This document shows, piece after piece, positions 54,977-64,000 of a stretch of DNA of 64,000 nt. Location: positions 806,001-870,000 of the forward strand of contig JAJCTO010000009.1 in the NCBI GenBank assembly GCA_046563655.1, read 5' to 3'. Numbering within the stretch: position 1 is the stretch's first letter; each line of letters opens with the position of its first letter. Under the pieces are notes generated by a model. That model was not told the DNA's origin. It searched no databases and worked only from the letters and a program-made list of their open reading frames with translations. The position numbers and the translations under genes are program-made. Origin of the DNA: Yuukianura sp. NJ FZ-2021 (lineage: Eukaryota).

Positions 54977-55472
54977 TGTAGAATATAGCGCTAACCAACT
55001 ACCCGTCGATTACGCTATATCAATGGGAGTTCTGTAACTTGGCCGGCTCTCAAACGCTGCTAAATGGACTGATCGAATGGGCTGTGATGTTGTTAGTTTT
55101 ACTAGTTTATTAATATTCTTTACCAATTAAATCCAATTCTGACAACTTAGAAAACTTAACTTATGTGTTGTCTCTTCAAAGTCTGAATCTTGTCTTTTTT
55201 CTTACTTATTCTTATGGGAACACAACAAAAAGGGAAGGGAGACCAAAAAGCAGAATAGCCGGAGGACAGACGCGGACGCTATCCCTCGCACCCTATCTCC
55301 ACCCACTACACACAAACGCGACTTATGGCGAAGCTATAACTTATAGGAAACACTATAAATACTTAAATCTATAGGCCCACCAAGTCTCATGAAAAACTGA
55401 CCTTTCGTTTTTAAAGGGCGGGAAGTCAAACTTAAAAATAACAGAAAATATAAATAACCAAGTTATCCTACA
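54977..55472. mobile_element. Solo LTR (496 bp) of a second LTR family
   Basis: Ends TGTAGAATA...TATCCTACA (8/9 inverted). 5 bp TSD CCGCA at 54972-54976 and 55473-55477. Satellite continues in register. Confidence 0.88.
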
Positions 55473-55689
55473 CCGCATTATTTGTTATTTTGATTAAAAT
55501 TGTTAGGAAAGACTTTTTTATGTCATACTATCACCTTGCACTTCCACTAAAACACACCTGAATAACTTGTGTTCAACAATAATCTGGAATTATATTTTAC
55601 CCCAACTCCAAAATGCAACAAGTGCATAAATCTAACTGTCATTTTGGTATAAACTAATGTGGGAACTAAACAACAAAGATTTAAACATA
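55473..55689. repeat. Terminal, more diverged partial satellite monomer (array edge)
   Basis: CCGCATTATTTG...GGGAACTAAACAACAAAGATTTAAACATA matches the monomer with several extra substitutions, then similarity stops. Confidence 0.93.
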
Positions 55690-55876
55690 ATTTTGAGATT
55701 TTTTAAATTTTTATTTTGCTTTTTTTAACCTTTTTGACGACGAACCCCACTAAAGTAGATTGTGGTGGGGGAAAATCCACCACTACCAAATTGATTTTGT
55801 GAAAAAAATGAATCAACAGGAAAGTCTCCAGCACAATTGTAGGGGAGGGAGGCAGAGTGGTGTCCAGACGTTGACC

Positions 55877-56812
55877 TCATGTCTTCCGTTCGCGAAAGCG
55901 AAGTGTAGCCGTGAGGTTACCAAACTCAAATGGCATCCTCTCTCCCACCTCGTTCATTATATACAAATGAATAGTATCAAATTGTGAGACGGCCAGCTGC
56001 ATGTAGTGGGCATGAGTGAATTCATGAGAGTGTTGTTTTCGAAATTTTCCCTCATAGTTGACCACTCGAAGAATTGGTGCAAGAGCATCTCCAATGAATT
56101 GAGGCCGGATTAGGTTGCAGTAGACGAAAAGTTTTGTTTGTCCAGCATTCAAAAGACTGGATACGCTCCTTCTCCTTCGTAAAGATAGAATCCATCTGCA
56201 GGTAGGGCTCCTCTGACGACTTGGTTCGCTGTCTGCAATTCTCCTCCACCCATCCCCAGAATGTCGGCTACTTGTGGAGAAAACTTGATTGTAGTTCCTT
56301 CCTTCAAGGGTATGCGATACTTGAAGATGCTGGATTTGATTCGAAACTGAGAGTTGGGTAGCATATCGTGCAGAAAACTCAATAGTAAGTGTCAGTCATC
56401 AAACGTCGGTGTGTTTTGATTGGAATTTCCAAAACTTTTGGAGGTGAAAATGCACGCTGATTAGCAGAGCGGCGCTGTCTTTCTCGAAACGAAATGCTCT
56501 TGTCATTCATATCCAGTTCATGTACAGCAGCAGCGACTGTCTCTGCACCTGTTGGCGCGCGACAAAAGATGGTGGTGGCAACTGGACCAGTTTTGTAAAA
56601 ATTGTTCTTCCTGCTCCGACAAACGCATTTCCATAAGTATAGCTCAAGTCGGTCAAGGCCACCTCCCATTGATATCCAGGAAGTCTGATGGAACTTGCCA
56701 ACTTATTCTTGAAATCGCAAATTAAATTGCCTGGAAAATAGTCCATCGAAGCATTCGATTGAAGCGTAACGTAGAAAGAGTTGGATGTACTCGAACCAGT
56801 TGCAGTCATCAT
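55877..56812 (-). pseudogene. Polinton minor capsid (penton-like) gene, frameshifted
   Basis: N-terminus SFYVTLQSNASMDYFPGN...WEVALTDLSY and C-terminus LFVYCNLIRPQFIGDALAPILRVV...PF..G..TATLRFR lie in different frames. Confidence 0.8.
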
Positions 56813-56827
56813 CTTGTCGTTGTCAAA

Positions 56828-57083
56828 GCACGAATCCTTATAAATAAAAGCGCGAATCCATAAAAATGTGAGGCACGAATCCTTAAAATTGGTTAGCACG
56901 AATCCTTTTAATCTAAATTAAACTTACCTCAAATCCAAAAATACGTAAGTAGGGATGAATAGAATTGTAAGCTCGAATCCACAAGAATGGCTGGCACGAA
57001 TCCTTGAAGTCTTTTCTCAACAATTTGTGTTGATCCAAAAGAAGCAAAAGCACGAATGAACAAAATCGCTGGGCACGAATCCT
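56828..57083. repeat. Eight copies of GCACGAATCC(T)-like motif
   Basis: Starts at 56828, 56850, 56873, 56896, 56971, 56994, 57050, 57073. Confidence 0.9.
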
Positions 57084-57191
57084 CAAAAAATGATCACGCT
57101 GGATCCTCCCCACACAACGTTCGGCTGCCCGATCAGCCCCCTCACGGGCGCGCAAGGGGGGGGGGACCTTGCGTCCGACTCCATTTCTCCT

Positions 57192-58196
57192 TCAAAACTT
57201 TTCCCAACGACAGACGTTTCCTCCTCCTCCTCCTCTTTGACTCTTGGTCCCTCCTTTTCTGAACACATCTTTTCCAGTTGGATTAGCAGCCCTCCTAACA
57301 AGCCTCTTTGCAATAGGTGTAGCTTTAGCTCTAGTAGGTGAGGGACGATGAATTTGAAATGGTGGTGGTGGTTGGGGGTTTTCTTCAAAAACGTCTTCTA
57401 TCTCTTCCTCTTCCTCCTCTTCCTCATCGGTTCCCCTTTCATTCTGGCTGGCACTTGGAGTGTTGTAATTTGATCCCGCCAGGTTCTGTTGTTGTTGTTG
57501 TCTTTGCTCAAAAAATATTGCTGGGGAAGTGATTAGGCGTGAAATTCCAGAGTTTGGAGCAGATCCATCGGAAGTTTTTGGAGAAATGTACCTCTGCAAT
57601 TGGTCTCGAACTTGTATGAATCCTTCGGGAGCTCTAATATGCTTTCGATCCTTGAGGTTTATGAAATATTGTAGTATGCTTACAATGTCAGATCCTAGTA
57701 GACGTTGCTTTTGAATCAAAACTTCAAACTTTTCATTCCATACAATGTCATTGTAGCGCATCAAATGCAAAAGTTTTCTTGCATTTTTACTTCCTTTTAG
57801 CTGCTCCAAAATGTATGGTTCAGTAACATCTAGAAGATTTTCCACTCTGATGCTGGGATTGGAAATCATACTATCTCCAAGTTGATTACCGTATAATAGA
57901 TTTGATTCATTTTCGTCGTCTTCTTGAAATCCCTCATGTTGACGGTCACGGAAACCCGCAACATTTTTCACCAAAATTGGTTTGGATTCTAAAATTTGAC
58001 GTTTTTGATGGAGACGACGAGCTAGGTCTTGATACAAAATTGCTTTTATGTCATCTGGTATGTTTGAATTTGACAACACGCTCAGTTTCGGGTCTGCGGA
58101 ATCGACGGCAGGGATAGAAACGTCATTTCCAACTAATTTGGTTTGCTGTTGAAGTTTTTGAAAATCTGCTTCGTTCACCAACCTCATTCGCGTCAT
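57192..58196 (-). CDS. Polinton conserved hypothetical protein, 334 aa
   Basis: Open ORF inside the Polinton cluster. IVWNEKFEVLI...GSDIVSIL...PEGF resembles a recurrent Polinton unknown ORF. Q- and E-rich C-terminus. Confidence 0.65.
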   Translation of the reverse strand: MTRMRLVNEADFQKLQQQTKLVGNDVSIPAVDSADPKLSVLSNSNIPDDIKAILYQDLARRLHQKRQILESKPILVKNVAGFRDRQHEGFQEDDENESNLLYGNQLGDSMISNPSIRVENLLDVTEPYILEQLKGSKNARKLLHLMRYNDIVWNEKFEVLIQKQRLLGSDIVSILQYFINLKDRKHIRAPEGFIQVRDQLQRYISPKTSDGSAPNSGISRLITSPAIFFEQRQQQQQNLAGSNYNTPSASQNERGTDEEEEEEEEIEDVFEENPQPPPPFQIHRPSPTRAKATPIAKRLVRRAANPTGKDVFRKGGTKSQRGGGGGNVCRWEKF

Positions 58197-58548
58197 TCCG
58201 GCTGAGTTTTCTTTTTGAAGAATCCTACGGCAGTACTAATTAAAGAGGGTAGTACAGCTCCCAACAAAAGAGGTAGTACCGCTCCTCCTTTTGAGACAAA
58301 AGTCGTTTTTTCTTCAACTTGAGACTTGACCTACGTCGCCCCTTGATTATAGCTAGAATTGTTCTCTTGAAGGGTTTTAGACGTTTCACTGTGTTTGCCT
58401 TAACGCTCACGTTCCCCTTGTATACGTTGAGTATACATTCACAAATGCCTTTGCTTGCGTTTTTAATCAATTCTCGCCGCTGCTTAGGTGACGTTGCTTT
58501 GGACAAATAGCTCAAAAACTCTCTGTTTTGCGCTACACACTTGGACAT
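58193..58548 (-). pseudogene. Polinton small basic protein with QKGG + hydrophobic tail, 1 bp frameshift
   Basis: ICECILNVYKGNV...KKKRLLSQK. The shifted frame continues GGAVLPLLLGAVLPSLISTAVGFFKKKTQPE*. Confidence 0.7.
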
Positions 58549-58649
58549 GTTGACCAGTCAAGGAGTTGGGCGTCAATCAACCTTTTCACGTCAGAAGCTG
58601 CTAACAATAAAGACCATGACACTTGTCGCATTTTAATTTAGTCGTCAAA

Positions 58650-59582
58650 ATGTCAGAGCTAGACAAACAAATCAAAGAGGATTACGTAAATCCAAATGTC
58701 CAGCACAGCTTTTTGGGTGCATATCAAGTTAAAAAAAGTTTGAAAAATCATTCAAAAGATGTCGAGCAGTCACTCTACTCCATACCAGCATATACTCTGC
58801 ACAAACGAGCTCGGAAAAGATATCCTAGGCGAAGAGTATTCATTCCTGGACTTAAGCAACAAATGGTAGCAGATCTGATTGACGTAAGCAAGTATAGCGA
58901 CTCAAACAACGGATACAAGTTCTTGTTGACTTGCATCAATGGGTTTAGTAAAGTTGCGGATGCAATTCCACTCAAGAATAAAAATGCACCAACTGTGCGA
59001 AATGCTCTGGCAAAGATTATAGAGAAGCGAGGACCTTGCAAGTACTTGCAGGTAGACCGGGGCAAAGAATTCATCAACAAAACTGTGGAAAAGTTACTCA
59101 AACAGCATGGAATCGATTTGTTCAGTACAGGATCCGAGTTGAAGGCGGTGATTGTGGAGAGATTCAACCAGACTCTTATGAATAGGATTGCTCGCTACAT
59201 GACTTACAAGGGAACGGAGAAATTTTACGACGTTCTGCCTGCGATCGTTGAGAATTACAACAATTCATACCACTCTTCCATCAAATGTGCACCGAATCAA
59301 GTCAATGAAGAAACGAAAACTGACGTTTTTCTAAATCTCTACAAAGACAGAGTCGTAAAGCGTCGTAAAAAGACGAAATTCTCCGTTGGGGACACTGTTC
59401 TGATTAGTAAACTCAAAAAAATCTTTGAAAAGGGCTACTCGAGGTCTTGGAATCGAGAGCAGTTCAAGGTTTCCAAAGTTTTTTATACTTTTCCAACCAG
59501 CTATCAGCTTCAGGATTTAAAAGGAGAGTTCATCTTTGGTGTATTTTATGATCCGGAACTCCAGAAAATTCTTCATTCCTAA
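58650..59582 (+). CDS. Polinton retroviral-like (rve) integrase
   Basis: YTLHK, ADLID, LQVDRGKEF, VERFNQTL (D,D,E intact), YNNSYHSSI, FEKGY, FYDPELQ. First ATG at 58650. Confidence 0.92.
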   Translation: MSELDKQIKEDYVNPNVQHSFLGAYQVKKSLKNHSKDVEQSLYSIPAYTLHKRARKRYPRRRVFIPGLKQQMVADLIDVSKYSDSNNGYKFLLTCINGFSKVADAIPLKNKNAPTVRNALAKIIEKRGPCKYLQVDRGKEFINKTVEKLLKQHGIDLFSTGSELKAVIVERFNQTLMNRIARYMTYKGTEKFYDVLPAIVENYNNSYHSSIKCAPNQVNEETKTDVFLNLYKDRVVKRRKKTKFSVGDTVLISKLKKIFEKGYSRSWNREQFKVSKVFYTFPTSYQLQDLKGEFIFGVFYDPELQKILHS

Positions 59583-59597
59583 CCTTGAAGTCAGCGG

Positions 59598-60128
59598 GTG
59601 ATGAACTGTGGTTGCATTTTTAGTATCTGGAGATCATTTTCCGAGTTTTTGTGTAAACGAAATTCTACAACTACAATCACAGTGTGTAAATCCTTTTCTT
59701 GCAACTGCAACTTGAACAAATCGTCACGAGGACAATCTGTGAAGCTACACCCACCCACCCAAGAAATGGCTACTCCTGGACCAAGCTTTGTACCATCCGA
59801 AGACATGGAAGGTCACGAAAGTTCACCTCCATACACCATACATTCTACTCGTCATAAGAAAAAGAAGCATTATCCAGCCCACACGCGCAAAGTATCATCG
59901 GTTCCCATGATTGTGGAGATTCGTAAACAATTCCCAAATCCTCTTCCGCCGCCTCAAGTCATGCTCGAGAATGGATGGACCCTCTTTTTTGCTGATCATC
60001 TTGGGAATACTACAGACAACTCTTATCTTCACATTCGAAACCAGTTGGAACCGGGTGTTGGAATCTGTATTCCTGCAGATTTGTTTGACTGTCTAGTTCA
60101 AGGACTACTTGAACTCAAACGAACTTGA
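59598..60128 (+). CDS. Hypothetical Polinton accessory protein (start uncertain)
   Basis: Open frame filling the gap between integrase and the convergent ATPase. No motif recognised. Confidence 0.35.
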   Translation: MMNCGCIFSIWRSFSEFLCKRNSTTTITVCKSFSCNCNLNKSSRGQSVKLHPPTQEMATPGPSFVPSEDMEGHESSPPYTIHSTRHKKKKHYPAHTRKVSSVPMIVEIRKQFPNPLPPPQVMLENGWTLFFADHLGNTTDNSYLHIRNQLEPGVGICIPADLFDCLVQGLLELKRT

Positions 60129-60147
60129 GGGGTAAGTTACCTTGAAT

Positions 60148-60802
60148 TTATTTTTTCAAATAGACGATGCATGATGGGTCGGGAAAAAGATTTGAACGGA
60201 AACGGTGTTCATCATCCTGCTGTTGACTCAAGTCCATAAACAAGTAACTGTTTGGCTTGCTTTTGTTGCGTCCTCGTATGCAGCTTCAAGGACGGGATGA
60301 CTTTTTCCATTGTTCATTTGTCTTCCCAGAAACTGAATAATTGTAGAGTCTCGTGGATTTCGAAATAACGCCAAATATTTGCTGTTTAACGTCAAGTTTC
60401 TACAGTTTTTGTAGAAAAAGTTTTGCATTGTAATGATTAGAGACATTCATCTGTGATGACTCCCTCGTGTCACCATTGTGCAAACATCCTTGGATATTGC
60501 AATCTCTTCCATAAAGTCGTCGAGAATTACGAGAGTGGGAACTCGGTTTCCCTCGGCCACGTCCACCTCCATACCTTATGAAATTCAACACAAACGTCCT
60601 CCTTGTCCTTGAAAGCTTCATGCACAGAACTTGCAAACGAAGGCAAATCTTCGCCGTAGCAATAGATTACTCGTTCAATTCTAAGCTCAATCACTTCATC
60701 CTTTGTTAGAATTAATTCATGAATTAATGTACTCTTTCCAGATTGTGTGGCTCCTGCACAAACCATCACAAACGGATGACTCATCCCGAAATGAAAACTC
60801 AT
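60148..60802 (-). pseudogene. Polinton packaging ATPase (A32/FtsK-like), frameshifted
   Basis: HPFVMVCAGATQSGKST Walker A, QNFF...LNSKYLALFRNPRD...LGRQ, AYEDAT, RFRSNLFP spread over several frames. Confidence 0.85.
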
Positions 60803-60896
60803 CTCTACTACAACTAAAAAAAAACACTTGTGTTTGGTCAAACGGTTAAATTCAAACTAAAATTTAAATTTTTATTTAATTGGCTTAAATAATAAC

Positions 60897-63800
60897 TTAA
60901 ACTTGTTGCATTTGTTCGTCTTGTTGTTGTTGTTCTTCTTCTTCTTGTTGGTACATTGGGATTTGGTAGTGACCAAATCGGAGAGACTCGATTGGGGAAA
61001 TGTAGTAGCCCGACTTGTCTTCCAAGGCAGAAAGGCTCTGCTTGCATACGGTCGTTGTGTAAACTCGGTGGTCCAAACTTCGAATTGTGGTCATCCTAAC
61101 ACTGAGTGAAGATGACTCATCCAGCACACGAAGATAGTCATCAAAACGAAGTTGATTCCTCACCGCAGCTCTCACCGTGCCCTTGGCTTTTTTTCGGTCC
61201 GAGACGATGTTGTTCTGGTCCAGAGAGCGGACGCAGTACAGTTTTGGCTTGAGTGCAACCACCTCAATTACAATTGAATTGGCAAATTCGTCCTTGAAGT
61301 AGCCGCACTTTCCTTGATGTCGCTGGGAAGACAAGTGTCCGAGGGTTGGATGCTTTGGATCATAGTTGGAAGTGTCGAGTCGGCAGTCTGGATCTTGGGT
61401 CATTTGGTAAAAGTCTTGGTAGAGATCTGGAGTCTTGATGTGCAACAGGAGACTGTCCGTGTCCGTCATAACCAGTCTCATGCTTTCGCCATACTTTTTC
61501 TGCATGACATTGTAGTAGAAATCGTACATGATTCGTTTGCTATCATCCAAAACTGTTAGTCCAGCACTAATGTGTTTGTTTAAGCAAACAGAGAGCTTTT
61601 TCATCATGAACAAAACACACTCTTCGTGTAAAATTTTGAAACGTTTCACGGTTGGTTTTTTTCCATACTCGAAAACTTTTTGACGAGTCAGCGCAATGTT
61701 GATTCTCTTGTGCTTTCGAACATTTTGCAACAGTTTCCCAAACACAATGTTTCCCATCGCTTTCCAAAATATCACATCAACCGGATTCGTGGCACTTCTC
61801 CTTCTCTGGATGCACATTTCAATGTAGGGACGCATAAGTGGGGCTTGTGTGAAACGAAGACCTCGGTGGATTTTTGTCAACTTGAGTCCCAACTGCAAAA
61901 ACAACTTGAGCAGTCTGTAGTGGATAATGTAATTTTTTTGGGTAAAAGGTGCCCATCAGTTTGGATTTGTTGACTGAGGTCGGTCTAACACCCAAATTTT
62001 CCATCACGTTTTTTGTGTAGGGGGACAAGTTTTCATATTCAATCATTCCTCGTTCTACTGCCAGTGGATAGTCATTGTGCTGATCATGCAGTTCATCTGG
62101 ATAGTCCAAGTCAACTTCCAAAATGAGCCCTTCTCTCTCATCATCTCCCATCCTCAAAATTCTTGCAACTGCACTCTCCAAATCTGCGGTTCGTGCTTCA
62201 AAGCTCGGATCCCAGCGGAAATTCTTCCAAGGAACAAAGCATCTCAAACATGTGCTGTAGAGAAGATTGGCGTCCAACAAGCACAAGTAGCTTAGTGGTT
62301 TCGACGGGTCGTATTGAGCTCCCATGTAAGGATTGTTTGCTTTTGCATATCGAAGCCCCACAGCACAATTTCCACCACGAATTCCTTTCTCACACACAGT
62401 GTTGCTGGATATCCACTTTTTCGACATTTCATCCACGGCTGGATATCCAGTGGAAGAAATGGACGAAATGGATGAATCCAAAGGGGCGGAGCTTTGCCCG
62501 CGGGGTATGAATATTTTGATAAAAAGGGTGGAAACAAATTAAAAAGTCTACAAAAACAACCGCAAATAGTGCTAAATTAAGTTCTAAATAACGAAACCAA
62601 TCAAACAAAAGTGGTTTAAATGCTTAATTAAACTATTTCATAATATTTAATTTAGATTTATTTGAAATCCGCGCTGAGTTTTTAAGCTCAGCTGATTTCA
62701 TCCATCCACCGTCCAGTAGGACCCCATTTCTTCCACTGGATATCCAGTGGAAGTGGCAATTAAGCCACTGGACGTTTAAGCATCCAGCAACACTGCTCAC
62801 ACCACATGTACATGTCATCCACTTTCAAGTAGTCATAATCGACTCTTCCAACCAACATTGCAGCATCGTATGCAATTCCTGGAAGGGTCACGTAATGAGC
62901 GGGTCTAAGCGGAAATTTGTAATCATCGTATCTCTCAAGTCCTGGAAACAATCTGCCAACAAGCAAACGTCCAACTTCACATAAAGGTTGTGATAGTCTC
63001 TCAAGGTTCTACATCCAAACTCTTCCCACACCTTCAGTGCTCTTTCGTAATCTTCGTCGGAAATTCCTTCCCCTCTCAGTTCACTGTAGAAGGCTTCCTT
63101 GTCTGCCAGTCCAGTCTCATCCATCTTTTCAAAACTGTCCATGTACTCGTATTGGTAGACCCCCTTTTGAAGCAGAAAAGACATTGCTCTTGGATGATGA
63201 CGAAATGCACTTTTGGTCACTTGGAACTTGTTCACATCCTTTTTGGCCATCATCTCCACCAAGTCTGCCAAGCTGGAACTGATAAACTGATAAGAGTCTA
63301 TAAACTTGAGCGCATTTCCGGCATGAGTTGTACACTCCATTGATGTAAACTTTTCTTCTGACGTAGGTAGGGGTAAAACATGTTTGAACAAGTTGCTTTT
63401 CAACGCTTGAACTATAAAGTGAGAGTCATAGTTTCGAAAATTGTGAAAAACGATGGGGATTTTTTTGGTGACTTGAAGTTGTAAGTTGCAATTGTTACAA
63501 CTCACTCCTCGGATACGTCCCGTGAGATGACAGTGGTCAATCACTGTGTCTCTCACTATTTGAAACTGAACACCACAGTGGATGCAGTTTGTGGCTGCGG
63601 TTATCATATTATAAAAATCGATTTCAGTGTATGATGGGTCACGTCCAACATCTTGTTTCAATTTTATAAAATATGGTTCAGTAATGTTCACCAAATCTTC
63701 GAGTAAATGCTGAGCAGCGTTTCGACCACAAAAGGTCAATGGTTCCTCGCACATCCTCCCGGTTGGTCCTAGAACAACAAAACTGTAGCCACAGTCAACG

Positions 63801-64000
63801 TGTTCATTCAGCACATTTCCAATTCGCATTGTTCCACTTTCTTGTCGTAAAATGCACTCAAAGTCACAAACAATGACAAACGACACAGGTAGTGTGTGGC
63901 GAATGTGCTTAAATGTGTACTTGAATTCTGGTGGAAAGCACACACCCTGTGGTTCTACTGCGGCACAGAAAATTTGATGTCTGTCCAGTGTCTCCTTTGA
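60897..64000 (-). pseudogene. polB: Protein-primed family B DNA polymerase, disrupted (5' part outside window)
   Basis: CDFECIL, DHCHLTG, FHNFRNYDSHFI, FIDSYQF, EKGIRGG, LDANLLY, KAMGNIVFGK, TDTDS, LKPKLY, KKAKG. Frameshifts near 62900 and 61935 plus a MITE insertion. Confidence 0.93.
62397..62795. mobile_element. hAT-type MITE (399 bp) inside polB
   Basis: 14 bp TIRs CAGTGTTGCTGGAT / ATCCAGCAACACTG. 8 bp TSD CTCACACA / CTCACACC (7/8). Removal restores YMWCEKGIRGG. Confidence 0.9.

Larger units (their letters stand above)
55877..64000. mobile_element. Decayed Polinton/Maverick (adintovirus-like) segment, continuing beyond window
   Basis: Clustered pPolB, rve integrase, packaging ATPase, penton-like and conserved small ORFs. 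Confidence 0.92.

Noticed and set aside
47705..63343. Many short ORFs antisense to or overlapping LINE ORF2, integrase and polB
   Set aside because: Shadow frames of real coding sequence with no independent motifs.

Overview
Eukaryotic, probably invertebrate, repeat-rich window with no host genes. About 38 kb is a tandem satellite with ~506-508 bp monomers (1-22424, 33291-47537, 53160-54976, diverged partial copy 55473-55689). Three elements have inserted into it. (i) A 10.9 kb LTR element on the minus strand (22425-33290) with 433 bp LTRs ~99% identical and a GCAAC TSD; it carries an intact gypsy-type gag, wrecked pro/pol and env-like remnants, and a nested pogo-like DNA transposon. (ii) An apparently full-length APE-RT LINE on the minus strand (47538-53159) with intact ORF1 and ORF2 and a 26 bp hairpin-repeat array in its 5' UTR. 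(iii) A 496 bp solo LTR (54977-55472, CCGCA TSD). The array ends against a decayed Polinton/Maverick (adintovirus-like) segment running past the window end. It contains a penton-like gene, a small basic protein, integrase, packaging ATPase and pPolB interrupted by a hAT-type MITE. All calls come from reading the sequence and motif recall; no searches were run.
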